Origin: Octopus vulgaris
Taxonomy: Eukaryota
Reading direction: 5' to 3'
Length of the DNA: 64,000 nt
Assembly: GCA_951406725.2 (NCBI GenBank)
Contig: OX597814.1
Span: 80,786,001-80,850,000 of the forward strand
Position numbers and translations under genes: made by a program
Notes under the pieces: model-generated
The model's input: the letters and a program-made list of their open reading frames with translations, nothing else
Database searches by the model: none
What the model was told of the DNA's origin: nothing
Part shown: piece by piece, positions 25,705-38,239 of the stretch
Layout of the letters: each line of letters begins with the position of its first letter
Numbering within the stretch: the stretch's first letter is position 1

Positions 25705-26049
25705 GTGCTCAGTTGTCAAACATTTAAACCTAATTTTCTCAAAACAACTTGTCCGACCATCCCACAGGCCTCCCCTTTGAGAAACTCTGATTTAACTTAA
25801 ATTTGAGACACCAGCAAAAGAAGAAATAAAGATAGACATTTTAATATTCCAAAGAAAAACGATTTTATTCACACAGATATGCAACCAAAGAGTTTAAAGT
25901 ACCAGTAATGATAAGGCTGTTGACTGAGAGAACACAAATATGGTTTAAACAGTAAGCTTGGCAGGAAAGAAACATGCCTTTAAGCAGTACATAAACAACA
26001 AAAAATGGAAGTTGCAGTTATGTACAGGTTGACAGAAGAAAAGCAGGAC

Positions 26050-26221
26050 AAAAACGGCTTTATCGATCGCATTCTCACCTGGAATCGATTTTTTCAAGAC
26101 TTATACACGCCCTGATACCGTCGGTATATACACATATCAAATTTGAGCGCAATCGGATGGAGGATGCCCGAGATCCTAGAAAACACACAGACAGACAGAC
26201 AGAATGGATCTTATATAATAG

Positions 26222-26222
<1 letters not shown>
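26050..26222 (-). mobile_element. Helitron/HINE-like 5' end
   Basis: Minus strand reads a^tctattatataagatccattctgtctgtctgtctgtg...ccgattgcgctcaaatttg (TC start, (CTGT)n, ccgatt..aaattt motif). No 3' end was found. Confidence 0.6.
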
Positions 26223-26261
<39 letters not shown>

Positions 26262-26419
26262 CACAGAAAGTGTGTCAATACCCAGCTGGAGGAGATGTCC
26301 CCCTGGGGCTACAAGCAACAGTAGCATCCAACCTTAAGGTTTAGCCACATTTAAGTGGCAAACATACTTCACGATGTCATGCAGCTACTGTTTATACTGC
26401 GCGCAGAGATTTATTATTG

Positions 26420-26469
<50 letters not shown>

Positions 26470-26471
26470 CG

Positions 26472-26511
<40 letters not shown>

Positions 26512-26533
26512 TACACATATATACATATATATA

Positions 26534-27954
26534 CATCATCATCATCATCATCATTTAGCGTCCGCTTTCCATGCTAGCATGGGTTGGACGGTTCAACTGG
26601 GGTCTGTGAAGCCAGAAGGCTGCACCAGGCCCAGTCTGATCTGGCAGTGTTTCTATGGCTGGATGCCCTTCCTAACGCCAACCACTCCGTGAGTGTAGTG
26701 GGTGCCTTTTACGTGACACCTGCACAGGTGCCAGACAGAGCTGGCAAACGGCCACGGACGGATGGTGCTTTTTATGTGCCACCGGCACAGGGGCCAGGCG
26801 AGGCTGGCAATGGCCACGAACGGATGGTGGTGCCAGACGAGTCTGGCAAACGGCCACGAACGGATGGTGCTTTTTATGTGCCACCGGCACGAGGCCAGTC
26901 AGGGCGGTGCAGGCAACGGCCACATTCGGATGGTTCTCTTACGTGCCACCGGCACTGGTAACTCAGCTGCGATTTCCATTGATCGATTTCGATTCTGATT
27001 CTCACTTGCCTCAACAGGTCTTCACAAGTAGAGTTTTGTGTCCCAAGAAGGGAAGGTATGCATAAGTGGGCTGGCTACATCCCATGTAGAAGGCCACGGG
27101 TTATGGTCTCACTTGTCCTGCCGGGTCTTCTCGCGCACAGCATACTTCCAGAGGTCTCGGTCTCTAGTCATTTCCTCAGTGAGACCTAAAGTTCGAAGGT
27201 CGTGCTTCACCACCTCGTCCCAGGTTTTCCTGGGTCTGCCTCTTCCACAGGTTCCCTCAACCGCTAGGGTGTGGCACTTTTTCACACAACTATCTTCATC
27301 CATTCTCGCCACATGCCCATACCAGTACAAACGTCTCTCTTGCACACCACATCTGATGCTTCTTAGGTCCAGCTTTTCTCTCAAGGTACTTACACTCTGT
27401 CGAGTATGAGTACTGACATTACACATCCATCGGATCATACTGGCTTCATTTCTTGCGAGCTTACGCATATCCTCAGCAGTCACGGCCCATGTTTCACTGC
27501 CATGTAGCATGGCTGTTCGTACACACGCGTCATACAGTCTGCCTTTTACTCTGAGCGAGAGGCCTTTTGTCACCAGCAGAGGTAAGAGCTCTCTGAACTT
27601 TGCCCAAGCTATTCTTACTCTAGCAGTTACACTTTCAGCACACCCACCCCCGCTGCTGACTTGGTCACCTAGGTAACGGAAGCTATCAACAATTTCTAGT
27701 TTTTCTCCCTGGAAAGTGACAGAAGTTGGTCTCAGAGCATTTTCAGTGTTTATTGTTCCTGAGCATCTGCCACATACAAAAACCATCTTCCTAGTTAGCC
27801 TTCCTTTGACATTGCTGCACCTCTTATGTGTCCATAGCTTACACTTGGTGCATCTTATAGAGTTCTACCTTTTCTACAGATTGAGCAGGGCCATCTACCT
27901 GAAGGCGTTTGTGATTTGTCTACCTTCCTACTTATTACGACTTTGGTTTTAGCT
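26534..27954 (-). mobile_element. 5'-truncated RTE-clade LINE, young, with (GAT)n tail
   Basis: ORF 27109-27786 reads FRYLGDQ...RVKGRLYDACVRTAMLHGSETW...WYGHVARM...GRGRPRKTW. The 3' UTR contains a minisatellite. Nearly identical to 58705-59602. Confidence 0.93.
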
Positions 27955-30639
27955 ACACACACACACACATATACATATATACAAATATACATACATGCAT
28001 AAAATTTACTATATTATTTTGAGTCATGGTCTACTCAATACTAATTCATGATTTACAACCAACTCGTGTGTGTGTATGTATCTGTTGTTGCTTTCATTTA
28101 AGTAAAGCCAACATCTGTGTAATCTTTAGGAAAATAGTAATTAAAAATTTAATGTTATATTTTTACAATATATTCCATTAGTTGCAAAGTTTAAATATAC
28201 ACTGTTTAAATATAAATATATGCGTAAATATAAATATATGTGAGTGTGTTAGGGTATGGCTATATGTGTGTGTGTGTGTGTGTGTGTGTTTGTTTTGAAT
28301 AACGCCAACAACTTGTTTAAGTATTAGGTGAAATGTGATAAAAAATTTAGATATATATTTTTTGCAAAACATTCCATTAGCTGTAGTGCATAAATATATA
28401 GTCCCTTACACACACATATAAATACATTCAAGAGAGAGACATAGTGCCATGTGTGTGTGTGCGTTTGCTTATGCATGTGTATGTGTGTGTATGTGTATTA
28501 AGAGCCAGATTCTATACCTCACTTGAAGATTCATAGTCCAAAACAAAAGTTGTGCTTGATCATTTGGATACTTACTTTTGAAGCAGTCTAGATAGATAAC
28601 TGATCTGTCATTTGGCTGCCAACATTGGAGCTCTCTGTTTGTCTTTTGTAAAATATTAGCAATTAATATCATTCCATTAAGTTTACTGAGATTTTCAATT
28701 TCTCTGGAATTTTGATTTTGTTGGAACTTCGAAAGCAAGGAAAAACACAACTGTTCATTGTACCTACCATATTAGAGTTGTCTCCCATTGAGAGATAACT
28801 AGCGTGATGCTGACTTCACTATATGAGCCTCAGCCTCACAGAATGTAGGGGATTTCACTTTACATATCAATAAATCAATAAGGAATACCATTAACTGATT
28901 TTTTTTTCTTTTTTGGCAATGCACATTTAGGTCACTGTCATTTCCTCAAATACTTGTGTCACAGTTTCAGAAAATGACTACTGTTTTTGTCACATTATGT
29001 TGCCTTTCTTTTGACGAAATTTTCCACATCCAATGTCTGGCTAATGCACATTGTTGCCCAAAAGATGAGGACTGGTTCTTCATTCAAATTTCTATCATTA
29101 AGAAATACATAAATTCTTTCATTTGGTGATGCTTATATGTCCACATGAGAGCTTGTTTTGTTGCTTTGGGTTAAGTTAGGACCACTTTTGGCAGAAATGT
29201 TACTATTTTCCTTTTCCATATTACATGTATTTTGCTACAAAACTTTTACAGTTTAAAATCTGTGGAAACATGTTTACCTTAAATATGGTTGTGTCGGTGG
29301 ACATTCCACATCCTCATTATATATATGTATGGGAACAAAATAAGACCAAATAAAATTTGTCGAACACACCCAGTATGGGCAGGCTTCCAAAGTTCAAATA
29401 TTCTCTGTTTAAAACAATCCAAAAACTTATTCTTACAAGTTTAAATTACATGGAAACCCAACATCATATTAGATTAATTTGGTAAAACACCAAAATACTT
29501 GGAGCAAGGTAATCACATCTAGCAACAACAACAATTACTACTACTGCTGCTGCTGTTACTGCTACTACTACTACTACTAAAACAACATTTTCTGTTACAG
29601 TCCATATGTGTAATTCTTTAAGCAAATACTATTTTAACAATAGAATTAAATCAAAGACATACTCTAGTATTTATATGATTTGCAAGATAACTGACTGATA
29701 AACTATGGAATTATAAACTATGGAAATTGAAGACAAACCAACCATTTCTCTGAAATTTCAAAATCACTGATTACATTTGAAATTTCACCTCATGAATTTA
29801 ATTTAAAGCATAATGGATTAGCTATGTCCTTATTAACTATATCCCAACAGCAATTATGCAATGGAGCAAGAATGAAGATGATTAACCTACACAGTTGTTA
29901 TGTAGAAGAGTTGATTAACAATGTACAATCAGTAGAATGGTTTTAATTCTACAAACCAAAAGTAGTTAATGTACTTTTCATTTTAGAGAGGAATAAATTA
30001 GCTTCCAATATGCCTAGGGTTTACAAAAACAATAAACTAGTCTCAAGGATAAATCTTCAAGAAAATGGAATTATTTTTTGTGGAGTAGTAATTGTTATGT
30101 TACCAGAGAATATTTGAGTGCATTCATTTCTTGATGCAAGAATAATGGATAATAACACTTAAGGCACAAGAGGTGACATGTATAGCAATATATTATATAT
30201 AGTTTTCAGAGATGTTTTTTCCAGTTATGCAAGAAACAAATATATGCTGACACAATAAATCCCATATACAGAATTTATAAGACAATGATCACCTAAATAA
30301 AAATGCCATGTAGAAGTGGCACATAAATGCTATATGGGCATTCTGAAGAACAGTGTTTTAATTATCAAGTTCAACATTTTCCTTGAGCAAAATTCTGAAT
30401 GCTTTGATTATTTCACATTATTTTTGCAAATATCTACCATAAAAGTACCAAAAGCAACAGGGACTACAATTTTTTCTTATCAAAAATTGTTCTGGAGAAA
30501 TATCTTCCTTTGATTACCTTTAAAAGATATACATTTTTGAAAATCCTTTAAAAGATATAAATTTTTTAGATATTTCTTGGGAATATCTTAAAATTTATAT
30601 ATTTTAAATATACATTTTCCCCAATTAGATAAGTTTCAT

Positions 30640-31545
30640 TTGAATGAATTCTTCTTCAATATGCTAGAGATAATCACTCTGTGACCCATTCATTCTCCTT
30701 ATGAGGCAACTTTTCATAATTGCATTTCAATATTCCTTGCTTTTAGGTGTTAGTTATAATGTGCTTTTATCAATCTATTCATATTTTTCACCAACAACAT
30801 CCTGATTCACATACTAGTGCTCTGATTTGTAATCAGAAATACCTCATGCTTTATATGACAAGTGCAAACTTTTCCTTTTTAGATTCTCATCCTTGCCAAG
30901 TAGACTTAACATCTAACTTCTCTCCTATCTGATATTGTTCCCTGCTTCCCCACTTTCTGCTATTCTTTCCACCTTTGTCAGTTAACATTTATGGTTCTAT
31001 CTATATTATTATATCAATACCATAACACCTTCCGCATTACTGGAACTTTACTCCCTCCATAGATTTGGTTTGTGACTCACAGTAAGTTGCCTTTTAGAGA
31101 GTCCCCATTGTATTCTATGCTATATGTCTTTATCTTCTCAATAAATGTCTTCTAGTAATTGCTTGAACTAATGACAAAGAGATCTTTCACACACCATATT
31201 TTCCTTCTACAGATTGTCTAGAGCTTCTTAATCCATCTAGTTCATACCTTAATGTTATTTTTCATTCTTCATGAGGAAAGACTTAGTTTTCACAATCAGT
31301 TGTCTAACCTGTCTCTTAGTAAGTACTGTCTGTTTTGCGTGGTCACCTGAATGGTAGATAACCAGATTTAATGATTGGTTTCCTGAAATTAATGTTGCAA
31401 ATGGTTAGGCTATTTGCTTCACAGAACTTCTAGAGCCTTTTTTCTTTTCCATTCCTAGTGCAATATATATTTGCTCCACGTGCCCACGAATAACCATTAT
31501 GGTGTTTGCCAACAAGTCTGTTCAAGTCCCCAGCTATGACACTTA
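30640..31545 (-). pseudogene. RTE-clade AP endonuclease/linker remnant
   Basis: Reads VIAGDLNRLVG...TRNG...FCEANSLTICNINFRKP...KSFPHEE and later KCNYEKLPHKENEW. Confidence 0.7.
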
Positions 31546-31713
31546 TGGGAGAATCCTGAACACCCCTACGGGACTAAAGGTGGACAAACTGATTACAAGA
31601 AGAGTTGACAGTGTTAGTATGACCATGTTAGTTTACTGTAATAGTTTAATAGTTGGTACACTATTTACATTATTTATATTTGATGGATATTTGTCCTCTT
31701 CTTGTTTGTTGTT

Positions 31714-31759
31714 AACACAATGTTTCAGCTGATGTACTCTCCAGCCTTCATCAGGTGTC
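31714..31759 (-). ncRNA. Hammerhead ribozyme motif in a Penelope pLTR (slightly decayed)
   Basis: gacac-CTGATGA-a-ggctg(gagagtacat)cagct-GAAA-ca-tt-gtgtt. Stems I and II pair. The stem III 'ca' is probably a CpG-decayed 'cg'. Confidence 0.6.
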
Positions 31760-32880
31760 CTGGAGGAATTTCGAACCTGAGTTCTCATTCCTAAGGTATT
31801 TTACTGATGTTATCATTATTTTTATTATTATTATTGGGGTTAGTAGCCCGTGCTCTTAACCACTATGTCATATGCCCGTGGAGTGAATTTTAGGGCTTAT
31901 AAATCTAATATTTTCCTATCCTCCCTTAATATCGGTTCCCATATGCTACTGATATCTGCACTCAGTCTGCTTAGGAGGCTGTTGTGTCCCAGCATATATG
32001 CTGCCTCTTTTAGTTTTTGTATTTTCCAGTGGTGTTCTTTGTCTATTATTTTAACTTCATCCCACAAGGGGAGGTGGTCTTCGTTTTTCCATACATGATC
32101 AGCTATACCTGATTTATCAATATCTCTTCATGTCACAGCTTTGCAACGTTCCTCCACCTTTATTTTGAGGGGCGGCATGTTTTGCCTTTGTATAACCTAC
32201 CACAGCTGCATGGGATGGAGTACATGCAGTCTTTGGTCATATTCTCTACTATTGGTGGTTTTATTTGAAGGAGATATTTGCAAAGTGTTGTATTACTCTT
32301 GAATAATGTCCTGATGTCATAGGGGCCACATATCTTTTGTATCTTTTTGAAGAGGCCTTTCACATAGGGTTGACAGACTATGTTCAGTTTATGGATTTCA
32401 TCCTCTTTTCTCTTCATGACTGGAGTGGATAGTATGTTTTGGGGGTAGTTGTTGCTTAATAGATTGTTACTTAGCTTTGATCTTTTCTTCATGGTGTATA
32501 TCACGATCGCTACTTATATTCTTTGCTTGATGTTTTAGGCACTGAGCATTCCCTCTCTTTACACTGTATGGATGGTGGGAATTGAAGTTGAGGTATCATC
32601 CAGTGAAGGTCAGCTTGCAGTATACGAATGTCCTGGCCTTTCTGTTACTCTTCAAGTTTTATATGAATCCACTGGTGTCATTACATTCAAGCCAGGTGGT
32701 ATTAGCTTTGAGTCTCTACAATCTGCACAGGAAAGTTAGATGGTTTGAAAGACAAGCTAGTTTTTGATGGAGTTTCTCTGTATGTCTCCATTGAAGTCTA
32801 ATGCCAGCTCCATACCGATTAAATAATAAAGTTCCATATTAGATTTATAAACCCTAAAATTCACTCAATAATTGCCCACA

Positions 32881-32945
32881 GGTGTAGTGGTTAAGAGTGC
32901 GGGCTACTAACCCCAAGATTCCGAGTTCGATTCCAGGTAGTGACC
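32881..32945 (+). promoter_or_regulatory. tRNA-like segment with Pol III A and B boxes inside the Penelope terminal repeat
   Basis: A box ggtgtagtggttaag, anticodon-like arm ggg-ctactaa-ccc, B box gagttcgattcc (32923-32934). The partner copy at 31835-31878(-) lacks the B box. Confidence 0.7.
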
Positions 32946-34151
32946 TGAATAATAATAATAATAATATCGGTAACACATTTTAGGAATGAGAACCCAGGTT
33001 CAAAAATTCCCCAACAAACAAGATAAGGACAAATATTTGTCAAATGTAAATAATGTAAATAATGTACATATTTCCTCATCTCTCAAATATAGAACTGTAT
33101 TAACAGTTGGTAGTACGGAATGCATTCTGTGTTAACATATATTTCTGCAATAGGATATTTTTAGATAACCACACATGGTTATGATTTTCCCCGACTATTC
33201 CTGCTCATAATCAGAGATACACATATTGTCAGCCACAAAGGGACATGCTCAAGTGGTTAAAGTCAAGCAACTGATAAGTAAATCTGAGGTATTGAGCAGA
33301 ATATTTTCTATAAGGATATTTCTGCTTCAGCAACTCAGCATTGAATCTGTCCAAAATGTAACGGAAAATAGATCAGTTTCAAAACATTGATGTCCAGGTC
33401 ACAAAAACAAATTTTGAAGGGAATAGTAGTCATTTACTTTGTTTTCAAAATAGAAGCAAATAGAAAATAACACTTATTGACCAAATACAATAAATAAATA
33501 AATAAAAATTTTGTTACACAGTGTAATTAGTCTAAACTGAATTATTCTGTTGCATTTTCTGAACACCTCAATGACTTTACCTATCTCTACCAACAACATT
33601 CTCATCCACCAATTCCTGTGCTGTCACCACCCAGAAGATAATGTGCATATGTTCCTTGCCTGCAATATGTCTGTCTTACCTCTAGTACACAAACACATCT
33701 ATTTGCTTCCACTCTTGCGTAAATATATTTGAATAAGTCCATTTACATGTTCATATCTGTATGTCTGCATGTGCATGTGTGTGTGTGGAGCATGTGAGTA
33801 TGTGTATGTGTGTGTTTATGTCTACACAGGATATGATTTGCCCTGTGACTATGGTTATGAATTTGCATGAATCTCCATCATTTTATTATATGTCGGAGGA
33901 TGTGCATTTATATATCTGACAAATATTTACGTGATTGTTTATGCAGGTGTTTGTACAGGTGTTTTGTATGTGTATGCATGTGTGTGTCTGTGCAGGCAGG
34001 CAGGCATCCCCATGTGTCTGTAGCTATCTATATTTACATCAGCACCTGAAGCTATATGGCTGTGTGTGTGTATACAGGAGAAGAGAGAGAAAGAGAGACA
34101 GGCAGACAGAGATGGTTAGACAGAGAGATAGAAAGATAGAGTGAGAGGAGC

Positions 34152-34187
<36 letters not shown>

Positions 34188-34758
34188 AATACAATGAGAG
34201 AGAGATACACATCTGGTTATCTATATGTATAACTTGCCTGTAGCCATGTATATCTCTATCACTATACCTGTGTATTCACATGTGTGTATATTGTGTGTGT
34301 GTGTGTGTGTGTGTATGCATGAACGTGTGTGCACAAATGTACATGTGTATGTGGGGGGGATAGATGTGTGTGTGTGTGTGTGTCTGTGTGTGTGTGTGCA
34401 TGCATGTAAAAGTTAGTATTACTGGACAATACAGAAACCAATGTTTTGCCCTCAATCCATTCCAGTCAGTAATGAAGTTTCAGTCATAAAAAGGAAGAAA
34501 AAAATATGCTCTTATCTTAACTTCACATAAAAGTGGCTTTAAGACCTTTTTAAATCAACTATTAGTTCTCAATAATATTATCTATCACCTCTTCTGTCCA
34601 CCTCCCTAACTTTGGTTTGCATTTTTTTTTTTTTTTAACCACTGTGATTGTGTATGTGTACACATTTGTTCAGAAAGCAATGAGCATAAAAAGAAGACAA
34701 CACAGAAGGAACAAGTTTTAACAAATGTGTTATCAAGTTGATGTTAAAAAAAAACAAG

Positions 34759-34794
34759 TCTTGACGTTTTGGGCTGTAGTCCTTCATCAGAAGA
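34759..34794 (-). ncRNA. Decayed hammerhead motif (Penelope-like fragment 34670-34800)
   Basis: tctt-CTGATGA-aggactacagccc-aAAA-cg-TC-aaga. GAAA is mutated to AAAA; the GUC triplet is retained. Confidence 0.5.
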
Positions 34795-34819
34795 AAGATT
34801 TACAAGATACTTATCTGTT

Positions 34820-35025
34820 ATCTTTTATTTGCTTCAGTCATTGGATTGCAGTCATGCTAGGGCACTGCCATGAGTATTTTAGTTTAGCAAATCAACCCTA
34901 GCACTTGAATTTTTCAAATGTGGTACTTATTCTATCAGTCTCTTTTGCTGAAGTGCTAAGTTATAGGGATGCAAACTGACTAGTTGTCAAATAACAGGAG
35001 GCTGATGTATACATACAACAGACAG

Positions 35026-35111
<86 letters not shown>

Positions 35112-35260
35112 ACAATAGTTTCTATCAATCAAATTCACACGCTAGACACTGGCCAACTTGAGGCTATAGTTAAAGACACTTGCTCAAGGTGTCACACAAT
35201 GGGACTGAACCCAAAACTATATGGTTACAAAACAAGCTTTTTAACCACACTGCTATGCCA
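34820..35260 (-). mobile_element. SINE family A with (GATA)n centre
   Basis: Tail at 34820-34990, (GATA)n at ~35026-35110, head at 35120-35260. Confidence 0.75.
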
Positions 35261-35550
35261 GCTGAGAGGTTTTTTTTTATATTTTTCATACTAATTTTTA
35301 AAACACAATATTTTCTAAATAGAGTTGTGAATGTGCAAAACACTATGTTGTTATTTAACCCCTGGTTAGCTCCAATAAAGTAGACAGGCTCCTGATTAAA
35401 TGCCATTTCACCCATAACCATAGACTATTATTATGAAATAATATTCAACAAGGATATTATTTAATGCCCTTTTATATGATGGTAGTTTAGGTCTGTGGTT
35501 GGAGGGAGATTTGGCCGGTATTTCTGGCAAGTTGCTTGATCATGTAAAAC

Positions 35551-35858
35551 GGTAGTTGTCTACCAGGGTGCATATGGCCCTTGGAGGTCCATGTAAGATT
35601 TTTTGTTAAAATTTATTAGCAATAAATTGCTTATATTTTTATAATACGCTAAATATTTTAATAATTTTTGATAAAAATACAATTCCTAATAATATTTAAT
35701 AATAGAAATATGATTGAAATTTTTAAGCATTGAATTGCTTTGAGGATCCTCTGGAATAAAATAAGAATCAAAGCTGTCCATAGTTATACGGAGCTTTTAA
35801 CTGGTAGCACTTGCATGTGCAAGTTGTTTGCAAGACACCATAGTTAAAAAATGGTTCC
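35551..35858 (+). mobile_element. hAT(Charlie)-type MITE, degraded
   Basis: Homologous to the reverse complement of 37652-37790, which begins tagtggttctcaac. Confidence 0.55.
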
Positions 35859-36059
35859 GTATTAGAGCCATGTTAATGAGATTACATTGAAAGACAACAA
35901 ACAAGGAGCCTGGTAGTTCGTATGTCTGTAGTGATTTGATGCACACAGCGTTTTAGCTTCACTTTTATCATATGCTAAAATGACAAATTTTAGCTTACAT
36001 ACATGTAGTCTGAGAGCCATTTTTGTAGCTAATTCAACCAAAAATTGCATCATTTTAGA

Positions 36060-36160
36060 GTCACTTGTGTTATTTAAGTCAATCATTACCTGTGTTATTT
36101 CAGCCAATCATCATCTGTGTTATTTTAGCCAGTAATCACTTGCATTATTTTCACCTATTA
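36060..36160. repeat. 25-bp minisatellite, four units
   Basis: Units approximate atcacctgtgttatttcagccaatc. Confidence 0.8.
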
Positions 36161-37361
36161 GATATATACCTGATCAGAAATTTTAATGGCTCAAAAACTA
36201 GTTGTCTGTGCAATATAGTTTTGACTTAACAATTAAAATTTCTTTCAGACTCACTGACTCTCAGTTGAGTCATTTGCTTGACACCAGTTTGTTCAGTCCT
36301 TCTTTTCTATCTCTAGTAACCATAGTAAACTATATTATTTGGTACTCTTTCTTAACTAGATGTTAGCCTTAGTCTTGGCTCACTAGACTAGCTTCAACCA
36401 ATTTATATAGACATATGTTTAACTGATTTTTCTCTTTACTGGTGGCCTTTTATCTGCTTGCATGCATTTAACTCTCTGGCACAAATTGTTCTATTGACAT
36501 GAAAACATGAAAATGTCTAGGTACAATTTCCATAACTTCTATTACATAAATTGTCTAATTGACTTATTGTTGTACATTTTCACAAGCATATTTAAGTACA
36601 GTTTGTCTTAATTAATGTTGCAAATTTTCTGTATTTGGATTCAGTTGTTTTCTCTTTAATCAGTGTTCACAAACAATGTGTTGCATAATTATTATTGTAT
36701 TAACTTACCAGCAAGATCTGCCAAGATACACATTTTTGTTGGTATTTAGGAAATAACAGCAAAAATTATATGTAACCAATTTTTTTTTTTTGCTATATCT
36801 ACAAGCAATCTTTTATTTTCTTAAATATTCTAAGATTAGAGCCTATTGGTTGGAATATCCAGATTAATAAATGATTTGAGATAAAACTAATCTTTAGTAA
36901 TCTAAATTTTCATTAGCTGTTTTGCATTCTTTAAAAGGAAAAGAAGTTTTGCTGGACAATTTCATTTTGATCTCTCTTTCCTTCATAAGATAATTACAAA
37001 ACAATACATTTCTTTTTCTGTAGCTATTTTTAATAACTTAATTCTAAATCTAATCTGAGCTTCCAATCTTTTGTTATTACTTTTATTTAATTTATCCCTC
37101 TCTCCATACCTGCAGCTTTTCAAACCACAAATATTTTTTTTACCAATTCCATAATGTTTCAAAGTGTGTGTCTCTTTTTATCTACAGCTATCATTGTTTA
37201 GCTTCATATCAGTTTTTATTGAGCAGACCTATAATCAAAGATGTTCCAGATATAACCAGCCTGTCATTTTGCTTCAAAATTCATTATCTTTCTGCTAAGA
37301 AGTAGGATGGGTTTTTTTATCTTCAAAGAGATTTGACTGCTATTTCTAGCATGTCAAATAA

Positions 37362-37651
37362 CCAAGAGACCTTTGGCAATATGCTGTGCTTGAGAAGAAG
37401 ACTGATCAAGCTAAGTGAAACCATAATTGTGGCAGATACTGGTGTCACACAACTGGCACCTGTGCTGGTGGCATGGAAAAGCACCCATTACATCTCTCAG
37501 AGTGGTTGGTGTTAAGAAGGGCATCCAAGTGTAGTAGCTATTTTAAAACAGACGGGAGTCTGGTGCAGCTCCTCAGCTTACCAGCCCAAGTCAGGTTGCC
37601 CAATCCATGCCAGCATGGACAATAGACATTAAATGATGATGATGATGATGA
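37362..37651 (+). mobile_element. Short RTE 3' end with (GAT)n tail
   Basis: gacctttggcaatatgctgtgcttgagaag...catgccagcatggac...aaatgatgatgat. Confidence 0.8.
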
Positions 37652-37790
37652 TTAGGAACTGTATCTAAGAAATTATTAAAATATTTCGTGTATTGCAGAA
37701 GTATAAGCGATTCATTGCATACAAATTTTAGCAGCAAAATCTTATACAGACCCCACCGAGGGCCATATGGACCTCAGTTGAGAACCACTA
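37652..37790 (-). mobile_element. hAT(Charlie)-type MITE end
   Basis: Ends ...cagttgagaaccacta. Same family as 35551-35858. Confidence 0.65.
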
Positions 37791-38239
37791 GCATAGAGGC
37801 TCCATGTTATCCTTTGCAGTATTAAGTAATATACATACTAAGTTAGATTCCATTGGCTATGTCCTTCCCCAACAAAATACAGACCTCTCAACTCATCTTA
37901 GGAACCCACTAATTATAGTTCACAAATATCATAGCAGCAATGTTGCATATTCAAAATAGAGGGACATACGCTCTCTTTTAAATACCTCTCATGAGAGCAT
38001 CTCTCTCTCTTTTTCTCTCAATCTTCTGTCTTCTTCACCCTTTCTTTTCCTCTCTCTCTCTTTCGTTTGATTCTTTCATTTTGTTAGTTAATCAATAATT
38101 CAATAGTTTGGCAATGAAATTAATAATAAACGATGTTCTTAGTGGCATTAAAATGTTCAAATTTAGTTTAGCTAATGCAGATCAAAACAAAACAAAACAT
38201 TGTAATCCTTGCTAATGACATGATTGTAATTTTTAAAGT

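Larger units (their letters stand above)
31659..33099 (-). mobile_element. 5'-truncated Penelope-like element (RT thumb + C-terminal GIY-YIG) with 3' pLTR and inverted 5' pLTR
   Basis: Reads YLNFNSHHPYSVKRG, PYVKGL, MYSIPCSCGRLYKGKTCR, SGIADHVW and LKEA, with the stop at 31897. 31660-31912 is inverted-homologous to 32836-33067. Candidate TSD ttaa(t/c)agttggta at 31646-31658 and 33100-33112. Confidence 0.88.

Noticed and set aside
26695-26960. Repeat-spacer-like pattern reminiscent of CRISPR (also 47870-48145)
   Set aside because: The spacers resemble each other, the array lies in an RTE 3' UTR, the context is eukaryotic and there are no cas genes.
28469-28750. Minus-strand ORF with a consensus donor (AAAA|gtaagtat near 28575)
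   Set aside because: No strong acceptor and no recognisable protein. It cannot be excluded without RNA-seq but is not supportable from sequence.
32881-32945. Functional tRNA gene
   Set aside because: The acceptor stem does not pair and the segment is embedded in a repeat, so it is treated as tRNA-derived. The same applies to all SINE heads.
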